DNA of 64,000 bases from an uncultured virus (IMG/VR IMGVR_UViG_3300045256_000415) (Duplodnaviria > Heunggongvirae > Uroviricota > Caudoviricetes): the IMG/VR virus record IMGVR_UViG_3300045256_000415; one strand, 5' to 3'. The notes below the pieces were generated by a model that was not told the origin of the DNA, searched no databases, and saw only the letters and a list, made by a program, of their open reading frames with translations. The position numbers were made by a program, and so were the translations under genes. Position 1 is the first letter of the stretch, and every line of letters starts with the position of its first letter. Of the stretch, positions 40,141 to 49,216 are shown piece by piece.

Positions 40141-42744
40141 TTAGTCGTTGCGAAGACGCACCTCATGCCCCCAACCCGGCCCGTTGGTCGTGCCTTCCGG
40201 CGTGGTGATCACAGTAATCATCGGGAATTCGCAGGGCTCGTGGTAGTTGCACAGGCCGTCGGTCAGCATCACCTGGACGTCTGCGATCAGCTTCTGGTCG
40301 ATCAACCATTGTACCGGTGCCGCCATGTCGGTGCCGCCCCGACCGTGCACCTTAAAGTGCTTCCAGTCGCCTCGCCGGTAGGTCGCCCAGCCCTGGAAGG
40401 CGTGGTCCCACAGCAGCACGTTGACCTTCGCTCGGCTCGCGATGGCGTCGATCTCGGCGAAAAACTGTTCCAGTTCCCGGCTCCCGATCGACCCGGACGT
40501 GTCCACGATCACGTTGACCGTTGCGGCGGCGTGGTGGCTGGTCCCCGGCACCCCGAACCGGTCGTGCCGGCGGTTGCGGCGGCTGAACGTCTTCCGCTGG
40601 TTACCGACGTGCTTGCCCAGGTAGTAGCGGAGCAGTTCACGCCACCGGACGACCGGCTTGGCCAACTGCTGGATGGCTTCGACAAGGTGTCCGGGGACGT
40701 GCCCCTGGCACTTGGCGGTCGCTTGATCCACCATGTCTTTCACGACCTGCCGGGCCTCGTCCTGAGACACATCGGTCTGGTTCCAGACGCTGTGGTCATC
40801 GATCGATTTGCCGTGGACGCCACCATAGTTGTAGGAGCCGTCATTCTCCTGCCCGCAGGATGGGCAGCACCTCGAACCCGGCTGCGGCTGACCCTGGGTG
40901 TTCGGGTCGGGCTGACCGCCCTGTCCCGGTTGGGGCTGGCCCTGCCCGCCCTCCCCTTGCTGGCCCTTGTCTTTCTTCTTGCCCTTCCCAGAACCGCTAC
41001 CAGATTGCTGGCCCTGGCCCTTGTGGGAACGCCCGCAGTTCGGGCACGTCGGCCCAAGTTGCTTCTGCTTCTTCTCCAGCAGGTCGTAGTAGTGTTCGGC
41101 GGTCCCGTCCTGTGCCCAATCCTCCGGAATCCAGATGATGTCGCTCTTGAAGGGCACGATGATCTCGGCGGTGGTGGACTCGTGGTAGCCGATCCGCGGC
41201 TTGTTCCGCGGGCCGTTGACGGTCATGTCGCAATTGTGCACCACCGCGTTCGACACCAGGTAGGTGTGGTCGGTCGTCTCAACGTTGCACACCGGACCGT
41301 CGTAGTCCTCATCGTCCACCTCAAGCAGCGGCACGTAAACGCACCCACCCGCATCGAAGTGGTGGTTCCGCTGTCGCCCCGGAGTCTGCTTGAACAATTC
41401 GCGAGCCTGCCAACCCCCTGACTCCATGACGAACAACCTCTCCGGCGGTAACGTGGTCCCGTTCAGGGCCCGCGTCCCCCGGTTGCTCTCATAGAGCCCA
41501 AACGGGATGTCGTGGGTGAAGCCGAGCATTTGGATCTGCAGGGCCAGCAACCGCGACACCGTGCCGGCGGAGTTACGCACACCGCTCTTCGATTCCGAGT
41601 TGTGGCCATCCCCGGCGAAATAGCCGGCCAGGAAGGATAATATAAGGCCACGGTCGCTGTGGTGGCGAATCCAACCGGGCACACGCTTCTGAGCGGCCCC
41701 CTGTCCGAACCAGTCGGCGAAGGCGCGAGCCAGGATGGGGCTGGTCACTTGAACTCGCACCCGCGTGCCATCAATGTCCACACGGGGCGAGAACCCGTAA
41801 GCCCCCAAAATGCGTTGGATTTCGGCGGCCAGTTCGACCTCGTTGGCCGACAGCGACCACTGCACCCCGGCCGAAAAATCGGCGGAGCAGGCCGACCCCT
41901 CAGCGACATACAGCCCCATCAACCACGCCATGTCACCATCGAGGTTCAGGACTTCGGTGCGGATCGATCCGTCGCCGTAGCGGGCGACGAAATCAGACAA
42001 GTCGAGGTGGCGGCTGTTGATCGTCTGGGCGTACTTGGGCACGACCAGGGCGAAGCCGGAGCGAGCCGGTCCTTGCCCACGAGTAGAAGCACAGCCGACG
42101 AGTTTGCCAGCCTCCACAAACTCTGGCTCCCCGTACTCCTTGATGGTCGTCTTGGGTTTGCCTGTAGTCCGGAGCTTCCAGGGGGCCACCAGGACCGGGT
42201 GTTCCGGAGTGACGCTGAACGGTAGCAGGAACCGTCCCTTAAGACGGACCATCTTCCCGCGATGGTGCCGCCGCATCGGGGCCACAACTTCGACCTCACG
42301 CCCAACCCGCCCGTACACGGCGTCCCCAGCGGTGAGTTCGCCGATAGCCTTGTCACCACCGCCGACGATGAGTTCGTCGGGTTTGCAACATGCGATGTTC
42401 CAGCCGTCTGGGTCGCGGCCGCTGACCCGCAGGCAGTGGAGCCGCACGATATGCTCGATCTCGTGCTGGATGACCGCGAAGCACTCCTTGACGGTCATGC
42501 TGTCCACGAACGGAGGGTAGTAGAGGCACTGGACCTCGCCGCCGTTCACGATCCGCACGCCCATCGTCCGGCGATGTTCGGGGAGCCAGGGCATGTTGGA
42601 CGGAATCCAGACCATGCTCATGGCGATGTGGCCGTACCAGGGTTCCCTGGTGAGGAGCCTGCAGCGGGCTTTCATCAACTTGTCGGACTGCTCGGCGGTG
42701 ACCGCGACTCGACCGCCGTTCGACCGCACCATGGACGCACTCAT
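40141..42744 (-). CDS. DUF2201-type HExxH metallopeptidase + vWA domain protein containing an intein
   Basis: QHEIEHIVRLH, WNIA/CDMTVN exteins, IDDHSVW, VIVDTSGSI MIDAS, GRGGTD, MLTDG; AGGAG SD. Confidence 0.9.
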   Translation of the reverse strand: MSASMVRSNGGRVAVTAEQSDKLMKARCRLLTREPWYGHIAMSMVWIPSNMPWLPEHRRTMGVRIVNGGEVQCLYYPPFVDSMTVKECFAVIQHEIEHIVRLHCLRVSGRDPDGWNIACCKPDELIVGGGDKAIGELTAGDAVYGRVGREVEVVAPMRRHHRGKMVRLKGRFLLPFSVTPEHPVLVAPWKLRTTGKPKTTIKEYGEPEFVEAGKLVGCASTRGQGPARSGFALVVPKYAQTINSRHLDLSDFVARYGDGSIRTEVLNLDGDMAWLMGLYVAEGSACSADFSAGVQWSLSANEVELAAEIQRILGAYGFSPRVDIDGTRVRVQVTSPILARAFADWFGQGAAQKRVPGWIRHHSDRGLILSFLAGYFAGDGHNSESKSGVRNSAGTVSRLLALQIQMLGFTHDIPFGLYESNRGTRALNGTTLPPERLFVMESGGWQARELFKQTPGRQRNHHFDAGGCVYVPLLEVDDEDYDGPVCNVETTDHTYLVSNAVVHNCDMTVNGPRNKPRIGYHESTTAEIIVPFKSDIIWIPEDWAQDGTAEHYYDLLEKKQKQLGPTCPNCGRSHKGQGQQSGSGSGKGKKKDKGQQGEGGQGQPQPGQGGQPDPNTQGQPQPGSRCCPSCGQENDGSYNYGGVHGKSIDDHSVWNQTDVSQDEARQVVKDMVDQATAKCQGHVPGHLVEAIQQLAKPVVRWRELLRYYLGKHVGNQRKTFSRRNRRHDRFGVPGTSHHAAATVNVIVDTSGSIGSRELEQFFAEIDAIASRAKVNVLLWDHAFQGWATYRRGDWKHFKVHGRGGTDMAAPVQWLIDQKLIADVQVMLTDGLCNYHEPCEFPMITVITTPEGTTNGPGWGHEVRLRND
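41233..42390 (-). mobile_element. LAGLIDADG intein (386 aa)
   Basis: CCKPDELI start, VTPEHPVL, LMGLYVAEG and FLAGYFAGDG, VCNVETTDHTYLVSNAVVHN followed by Cys. Confidence 0.93.
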
Positions 42745-42782
42745 CGTTATTCTCCTGTGACCGGGGTGACTGCGCCCTGATA

Positions 42783-42893
42783 TGGCAGCCTCGCCTCATC
42801 CAGTGAAGCAGACAACACTTGACACGCAGGGGTTCACGATCGGCGTTTTCGGGGTAGTGGCAACCTCGCCTCGTCCAGTAAAGCAGACAACAC
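42783..42893. repeat. 36-bp direct repeat x2 (33/36 identical) with 39-bp spacer
   Basis: TGGCAGCCTCGCCTCATCCAGTGAAGCAGACAACAC at 42783 and TGGCAACCTCGCCTCGTCCAGTAAAGCAGACAACAC at 42858. Confidence 0.9.
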
Positions 42894-43046
42894 AGGAGGC
42901 AGGCTGGCCAGAAGGTTATCAGGGAATGAGGGGTCAGCGTATTCGAACATCCCGATCATCCTACCCGCTCCCTTCGTCGCACCTATCGCCAGCACCGTAT
43001 ACCCATCATTCAAACTAATGTTATATACCACGAACTGATATTTCAA
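42834..43046 (-). CDS. Small protein of the [LY]xDP family
   Basis: MFEYADPSFPDNLLASL; TTG start. Confidence 0.5.
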   Translation of the reverse strand: MKYQFVVYNISLNDGYTVLAIGATKGAGRMIGMFEYADPSFPDNLLASLPPVLSALLDEARLPLPRKRRS

Positions 43047-43217
43047 CTATATCTTTCCTACCTTTTTCGGGTTGTAAATCCGATGGGTCCACCAAATCGC
43101 AATGCGATCTCCGTCCCGATCGTGCTGTAATTCCTCACGGTCGGACAACTAGGCAGTCTCTGATCGCCTCAGTCACCATACGGCTTAAATACAGCAAATT
43201 TAGGATAGGGGGCTGAC

Positions 43218-44933
43218 ATGCGATTAGCAGATATCGTCGGTAGCGAAATCCCGTGGGACCTGCTCTTCCTTTGTCTGGAAGATCTCGATTCAGTACGCAT
43301 GAACAAGCTCCGCCGCGACTCTCTAAAACGAGCCGCCGCAGCTCGGCCGCAGTCCCGCATCGCTCAAATCATCGATTCCTGGTTCCCAGCCGGCCAAGAA
43401 CGGATCGTCGTGCCTCTGAACGCCCCAGAAGGTGGGGTCGATCTGGAACGGCAACACGAACGTGACGATATGTTGACCAAAATCGCCGGAGCGTTCGAAA
43501 CCTTTGGGTTCATCGCCACTCCAAAATACCTAGACCAGAATATGGTCTACGATGAAGAGAACGGACGCCCCGTCAAATTCCAGCAAGCCATCGAACTCAT
43601 CAGCAAGGGTGAGAGGAAAGCCAAAGACGACCACCACAAGGTCCATTGGACATACACAAGCGTCCCGTCGGAAGTGGTCCGTTATCTCACCCGGATCACC
43701 CAAGAATACATGGACCTCACTTCATACGACAAAAGCAACAAAATCGGTACCGGCCAGAAAGGAATCATTATCAGTCGAAACATCACCGACGTCGCCACTA
43801 TGAGCACCGGCCGTCCGTGGACTAGTTGCATGAATCTCAAGGATGGATCCCACGCCAAAGACGTCGCCCGTGCTATAAGAGACGGGATGATCGTCGCATA
43901 CCTCGTTATGGGTAACGAAGAACAATTACAACAGATTGCTCAGGACACGACGCGACCGATCGACGCCATCGCTCGAATCGCCATCAAGCCCATGCGTCGG
44001 CACATGTCTAAAGTGGACATCACCAACAACATCCCTCCCGGTATCGGCTGGCCAGAAGATCGGGTATACCACGCCAACAGAGCGGACATCTCAGGATTCA
44101 AGGAGTCGGTAACGGCTTGGGTGAAGAACAAGATCTTAGGAATGATGGATAAGTCACAAGCCGGCAACTACACCGTCAAAGGCGGATATAGCGACAGCTT
44201 GGCGAGTTTCAACCCAGACAACGTTTTCTACGACGACGCCAAGATCCAGGAGAAGCTCAAAAAACTTCTGAAATTGAATTACCAGAGTTACTACGACTAC
44301 CAGCCGACCATCGAAGCGATCTATCGCCAACCGCGAGCAGAAATCTCTGATCAAGTTCGAGATATGGCATTCGAACTCTTGCTACGTCACCAAAAGCACA
44401 ATAAGCTCGCCGCTCTCAATAGCACCGACAAGAGTCTCAGAACCAACATGGAGCCGACTGAGAAGATGACAGTGCAGATGCTCCGCAAATTCCCAGAGGT
44501 ATTACCGACCATCCGTAACAGGCTATCACCGGTGGTTCGTGACTGGATTCTTGGACACACCAGTTCGGCGTTCTACGACTACATGAATCGCCTCATCGAT
44601 ACGACTGAAAAAGCACTGACGCCGCAACCACCCGATTACATGAAGAACCTCACGGCAATGGTTCAGCAGACGTTCAACCACCCCGCCCCCGCCGGACAGA
44701 TCAACGGTTACGACACTCAAGCCGAACTCCAGAAGTACGCCAAAGTAGATCTGCAAACAGCGATGCGGACCCTGAGCAAAATCAAGGTGGCGATCCGCAC
44801 CTTCGTGCAAGAGCAGGGCATTTTCCTTCCGAGTGGAATGCTAAACCGCATCAGGAATCTACTTGATTCCGCTGTAGCGGCCGGAGTGAACCCGGCACAA
44901 GTCCAGGGTATTATCGACCTACTGCCGACCTAA
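43218..44933 (+). CDS. Hypothetical large-phage protein with MSTGRxWTSCM motif
   Basis: 571 aa; IISR..DVATMSTGRPWTSCMNL..IVAYL..ARIAIKP..EDRVY; MRLADI N-terminus. Confidence 0.75.
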   Translation: MRLADIVGSEIPWDLLFLCLEDLDSVRMNKLRRDSLKRAAAARPQSRIAQIIDSWFPAGQERIVVPLNAPEGGVDLERQHERDDMLTKIAGAFETFGFIATPKYLDQNMVYDEENGRPVKFQQAIELISKGERKAKDDHHKVHWTYTSVPSEVVRYLTRITQEYMDLTSYDKSNKIGTGQKGIIISRNITDVATMSTGRPWTSCMNLKDGSHAKDVARAIRDGMIVAYLVMGNEEQLQQIAQDTTRPIDAIARIAIKPMRRHMSKVDITNNIPPGIGWPEDRVYHANRADISGFKESVTAWVKNKILGMMDKSQAGNYTVKGGYSDSLASFNPDNVFYDDAKIQEKLKKLLKLNYQSYYDYQPTIEAIYRQPRAEISDQVRDMAFELLLRHQKHNKLAALNSTDKSLRTNMEPTEKMTVQMLRKFPEVLPTIRNRLSPVVRDWILGHTSSAFYDYMNRLIDTTEKALTPQPPDYMKNLTAMVQQTFNHPAPAGQINGYDTQAELQKYAKVDLQTAMRTLSKIKVAIRTFVQEQGIFLPSGMLNRIRNLLDSAVAAGVNPAQVQGIIDLLPT

Positions 44934-44991
44934 AAACGTATGGGAACCATGAACTCGTCGCTTTTCAGGTGCCTGACGATAATCGAGGTCA

Positions 44992-45198
44992 CTATTTGTT
45001 GGACCAAGTGTGGTGATGGTGGGGACCACCCCGCCCGGCCTTAGTGAATTTGTCTTGGTTCCCGTAGAGGGTGTACTTGACGCGGCCGAAAGTGTGACCA
45101 GTCCCGGCAGCGATCTGCTCCATGGTCTGATCTGGGTGCTTCTTGAGATAGCTCTGGATATCAGCCAGAACTGTCTGCATGATTGTGCCGTGCTGCAT
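44992..45198 (-). CDS. Small HTH DNA-binding protein
   Basis: IQSYLKKHPDQTMEQIAAGTGHTFGRVKYTL; GGAG SD. Confidence 0.6.
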   Translation of the reverse strand: MQHGTIMQTVLADIQSYLKKHPDQTMEQIAAGTGHTFGRVKYTLYGNQDKFTKAGRGGPHHHHTWSNK

Positions 45199-45232
45199 GT
45201 TATCTCCATTGGTCGAGTAGTTTTTTAATACG

Positions 45233-45262
45233 AAAAGAGCCGCTGGGACCTCCCAGCGACTC
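45233..45262 (-). terminator. Intrinsic terminator after the AAA ATPase gene
   Basis: GAGTCGCTGGGA-gg-TCCCAGCGGCTC followed by TTTT on the minus strand. Confidence 0.65.
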
Positions 45263-45288
45263 CGGTCACCGTCACCCCTGACAGTGGA

Positions 45289-46647
45289 TCACGCTTCGTC
45301 GTCCACCACGCCCCACGACACCTTCGAGAGGACGCTCTGGAATTCCGGCCGTTCGGTGAGCCGGTCCACAAAGCTCTTCTTGTCGGAGCCGCTCCGCTTG
45401 TTGAACTTCGAGATCATCTTGGCCAGTCGCGGGTTGGAGATCACCGCGGCCCGTGCCTTCTCCTGGTGATCGTTCACGGCCCCGCCTTGGGTCACGAGAG
45501 CCCGGCAGAAGGCCACCACCACGTCCTTGTCGTTCGCGTGGTCAACCATAAAGCTGGCGAAGTCCAGGCAGACCGTGGCGATCTCGTCCTTCTCGATCTG
45601 ATTCTTGCAGAACGAGACGAGGCCCCACATCAGGCCAGTCAGTTGATTGCGGTCCAGCTTCTTGAGCTTACTCTCGTAGGCTTTGACCCCGTTGTTGATG
45701 AGTTCCCGCGGCTTGACCGGGCAGGAGTACCGGGAGAAGCTCTGAGCGAGTTCGCGGCCGAGCAGACCGGCGTAGACCTCGATCTTTGCCGATTCGCTGT
45801 ACTTCCCCTCCTTGACGACCTTCATCACGCGGGTCACCATTTCCCAGCCGCGGCGGGAGGGCTGGACCGAGAAGCCCATTTCGCCCTTGATGTCGCCGTC
45901 CAAGTGCTTGGTGTTCTGACTCGCGAACTCGATCACGTCGGTCGCGTCCCCGCCGTGCACGCTCGCCATGTAGTTGACCCACTCTTCGAGAGTCGTCTCA
46001 CCGCCGGAGAGCGTCAGGTGGCAGAAGCGGTTCAGGAAAGCCGGATCGTCGAACCCGCCCACGCGGTAGCCCTCGGTGAAGTTGCCCGCGGCCACGACGC
46101 ACCAGCCCGGCGGCAGGACGTACTGACCAACCCGGCGGTCCAGGACCAACTGGAAAATGGCCTGCAGAACGTCGTCCTGTGCCCGATTCACTTCGTCCAG
46201 GAACAGGATGCCTCGCTCGAACCTGGGCTGCAGGGCCTGCCGCAGGTTCTCGTAGCGGCGGAGCAGGTCCAGATTGGTGCCATCCAGCTTCTTGGCGATG
46301 CTCGCGGCCAGCTTCCCGGCGGTGTCGACCCCGTCCGTCCCCTTGGCGTCGATCCCCAGGACCTCCGCCAGCTTGAGGAAGACCTGGTCCGCAGACATGT
46401 CCGCGATCGGCATGTCAGCCGGCGGCAGGTAGTGGGTGCGGTTGTCTTCGCCGCGGTCCGGCAGACCCCGGATGTCGCTCGCCTCAAGCTGCGAGCAGCG
46501 GAGGTCGATGAAGCCCCAGCCGTTGTCCTCGGCGATCTGCTTCACGAGGGACGACTTGCCGAGCCCGCGATGGCCCCACACGAAAGGAGTGATATTCGCA
46601 TCGCGGCAGATGAGGACGGCTTCTTTGATGGTGCTGATCTTCGCCAT
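45289..46647 (-). CDS. MoxR-like AAA+ ATPase (AAA_5)
   Basis: WGHRGLGKS Walker A, IDLRCSQLEASDIRGLP, ILFLDEVNRA Walker B, VAAGN, DPAFLNRF. Confidence 0.92.
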   Translation of the reverse strand: MAKISTIKEAVLICRDANITPFVWGHRGLGKSSLVKQIAEDNGWGFIDLRCSQLEASDIRGLPDRGEDNRTHYLPPADMPIADMSADQVFLKLAEVLGIDAKGTDGVDTAGKLAASIAKKLDGTNLDLLRRYENLRQALQPRFERGILFLDEVNRAQDDVLQAIFQLVLDRRVGQYVLPPGWCVVAAGNFTEGYRVGGFDDPAFLNRFCHLTLSGGETTLEEWVNYMASVHGGDATDVIEFASQNTKHLDGDIKGEMGFSVQPSRRGWEMVTRVMKVVKEGKYSESAKIEVYAGLLGRELAQSFSRYSCPVKPRELINNGVKAYESKLKKLDRNQLTGLMWGLVSFCKNQIEKDEIATVCLDFASFMVDHANDKDVVVAFCRALVTQGGAVNDHQEKARAAVISNPRLAKMISKFNKRSGSDKKSFVDRLTERPEFQSVLSKVSWGVVDDEA

Positions 46648-47029
46648 GGTTCTCTCTAGCTCCTACTTGGTGGGGTGACGATCGGTTCGCGATTGACTGT
46701 GGCGGGGCAGCATTAAGTCGCTCATCCCCGTCTGTCTTCCACTTGTCATCGCATCCCTCTATGGCAGCAGGCAAAGGCTTCGTTAAATCGACCGTGAAAT
46801 GGTCAGTGCCCGCCGCCACAAATCGCTCAATCCAGAGTGTTGAGTCGGGGTGGTAAAGTGAGAATCGGTGGAGTCGCACAATCCGGTAGGTTGAACCACC
46901 GATTTCGCCCCACAATTCTACAAGGTCTTCGATTAACTCAATACGTCCATGATGGCCATGGGGGCGGTAAAACTTGATAGTATCCTTGGGTTGATGGCCC
47001 AGTGCCCCGTAGTACCGGCAGAGGCATAT

Positions 47030-47455
47030 TCAAACTGGAAGTGCGGGAACTTCTCTTCCAGATATATCACCAGGGCACTTGGGATCGATAACATTTGGGT
47101 TCTTGAGAGTCACGGGATCAATCCCCACCCTCTCCAGGAAGGTGGCCAGAAAGCCCTCTTGTGTCAGAATACGGTTCAGGTCTTCCACTTCCCACTTATC
47201 ACTAACGATATAACACAATTCGTCAGCAATCCAGGCCAGCCCCATCCGCTCGTAATTCCCCTTCGCCCACTGGAACCACCGCAGCACACTATCAGTCGTG
47301 CCGTGTTTGTGTTTGATGGTGGTCCCGTCCGACAGGACTGAGAAAGCGACCGCCACGTGGCTCATGTCGGCTAGCACCGACTCGCCGCACCGTAATTGGT
47401 ACAGGCCATCCACTTTGGCGTAACGGAATGGTTCTGCAGACGGGATCGACCCCAT
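47030..47455 (-). CDS. Hypothetical protein
   Basis: 141 aa, GGGAG upstream. Confidence 0.6.
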   Translation of the reverse strand: MGSIPSAEPFRYAKVDGLYQLRCGESVLADMSHVAVAFSVLSDGTTIKHKHGTTDSVLRWFQWAKGNYERMGLAWIADELCYIVSDKWEVEDLNRILTQEGFLATFLERVGIDPVTLKNPNVIDPKCPGDISGREVPALPV

Positions 47456-47518
47456 AGCTCAGCTCCCGAAAACCTCTGTCCCTTACGGTACGCGAGGCTT
47501 TCGGGGGTCGTTGGGGTT

Positions 47519-47992
47519 TTACTCTGCGGGCGGGTCCGGTGCCTTCTGCTCGAAGCCGGTGCAGGTCGCCTCGATCAGCTTGTCGGCTTCCCGGACCTGA
47601 ACCTCGTACAGCAGGTACTGCTGTTGCTGGTTGTAGTATTCGGAGCCGTCGGAGTTCTTGGCCTTGAGCCAAAACTTCTCGTCGTAGAACCACAGTTCCG
47701 GGGCCTGCGGCTCGACCTTCCCGGACTTCCGGTATACCAGAGCATTCCCGATCAACACCGCCACGTCCACGTCCGGGTTGGCGAAGTCAGCCTGCTGCTT
47801 GAGTTTCACCAGCAACATCTGACCATCCGGGGTATCGACCGTCTCAATGACGGTGATTTGGTGCATTACGACCCGGTTTTCGTGACGCAGCTTCCAGTCC
47901 ACGACGCCCTCCGGCAGCGGCTCTTGTCCCGCCGGAGGATTCAAGTTCGTAACCCGGTGTTTGTAACCCACCAGTTTGCGTCGTTTGGCCAT
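47519..47992 (-). CDS. Hypothetical protein
   Basis: 157 aa, GAGGG SD, GC3-rich codons. Confidence 0.7.
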   Translation of the reverse strand: MAKRRKLVGYKHRVTNLNPPAGQEPLPEGVVDWKLRHENRVVMHQITVIETVDTPDGQMLLVKLKQQADFANPDVDVAVLIGNALVYRKSGKVEPQAPELWFYDEKFWLKAKNSDGSEYYNQQQQYLLYEVQVREADKLIEATCTGFEQKAPDPPAE

Positions 47993-48153
47993 GAGTAGCC
48001 CTCAAAGGTTCCCAATACCTTGTGTCAGTCCGCGGCCGGGTCGTTAACCGCAGCCGAAGTGGGTTCACGGCGAGTCGGCTTGATGACAGGAGCAGTCATG
48101 TTCGGTTCTCCACAGGTTGAGGTGACTGATGGAACCCTGTGGCGACCCCTAAT

Positions 48154-48582
48154 CTACTCATTAACCTCGTAGAGAACCCGATAGAACTGCCGTTCCCGAC
48201 TGGCCGGATTGTCGATATGGTCTTCCAAGGTCGGCCCGGCATCCGCTTTGTAGTTCTTGAGAACGTCCAGCACCCGTCGGAGCATTAGCCCGGTCCCCTC
48301 GTCCTTGGTGTCCCGGAGTTTCAGGGTGATCGCCGCCATCAACGGACCACAAGGAACGTCGCAATCGGCCCAGAACTTATCCCGCCAGATGTAGCGGCGG
48401 GTGCCACCTTGGTAGAACAGGCCGATAGGCTCCGTGGACGGGTCCGCCAGATTGCGGACCGTGAACCCGACGATCTGCAACCCGCCCCGCAAACTGGCCA
48501 GATATGCGAATCCCTTGAGATCCACTTTCGGAAACTCAACGTGTTCGATCACCCCAAACAGTTGCGGTTGCTCGTTGCACAT
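48154..48582 (-). CDS. Hypothetical protein
   Basis: 142-aa ORF. Confidence 0.6.
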   Translation of the reverse strand: MCNEQPQLFGVIEHVEFPKVDLKGFAYLASLRGGLQIVGFTVRNLADPSTEPIGLFYQGGTRRYIWRDKFWADCDVPCGPLMAAITLKLRDTKDEGTGLMLRRVLDVLKNYKADAGPTLEDHIDNPASRERQFYRVLYEVNE

Positions 48583-48712
48583 TATACCAGGACCTCAGCC
48601 AAAGTGTTGCTGCGAGTGAGGGCTTCCTCGATCTGCTTTACCTTTCACCAGTTACCCCCACCGGAGAGAACGATGAACCAGAAGCAACTCGACACCGTGC
48701 TCGAAGAGATCA

Positions 48713-48937
48713 TCAGAAGGGGTTGAACAACATCGACCCCAAGGCAATGTGGTTCGCACCCCGCTCCTGAAATTTCTGGGCATCATCCAGATCGGTGATC
48801 CCGCCACCACCGATGATGATGGCGTCCGGGTAGCGTACTCGAATGTGCTTCACAACACCAGAGCCACCGGCAGTAGGGCCTTCCTGGACAGCCCGGAGAA
48901 TGGCCGGGTAGTTGCCGAAAGGAGCGGACACGATCAA
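48713..48937 (-). pseudogene. Collapsed dihydroorotate dehydrogenase-like gene
   Basis: IVSAPFGNY start, shifted-frame GLSRKALLPVAL, then IIGGGGI..GANHIALGSMLFNP FMN-barrel C-terminus in 74 codons. Confidence 0.65.
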
Positions 48938-48970
48938 CGGCTTCTCCGTAAATATGGAACGGAGGGCAAT

Positions 48971-49198
48971 ATGACAGATGAACCACGGTTTGTGAGTTCT
49001 AGCGAAATTTCACCATTCGCTATCACTAACTACAAGTATACCCTGCTCACCCAGATCCTGGGACGTGCGTGGTACTACGAGTGGAATGAGCAGGATCAGA
49101 AGTGGGGAAAGCTGAACGAGCACGACCCGGAGCCGCCCACCACTCTACCACCCGGCAAGTTCGATGGTCAGATCGTCGAGATCCCACGCATTAAATAG
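48971..49198 (+). CDS. Small hypothetical protein
   Basis: GGAGGG SD, MTDEPR start; WYYEWNEQDQKW motif like fibre-protein N-termini. Confidence 0.5.
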   Translation: MTDEPRFVSSSEISPFAITNYKYTLLTQILGRAWYYEWNEQDQKWGKLNEHDPEPPTTLPPGKFDGQIVEIPRIK

Positions 49199-49216
49199 GT
49201 CCCAAAGGGGGCTTGT

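Noticed and set aside
42783..42893. Bona fide CRISPR array
   Set aside because: Only two imperfect copies, no clear palindrome, no cas genes in the window; kept only as a repeat finding
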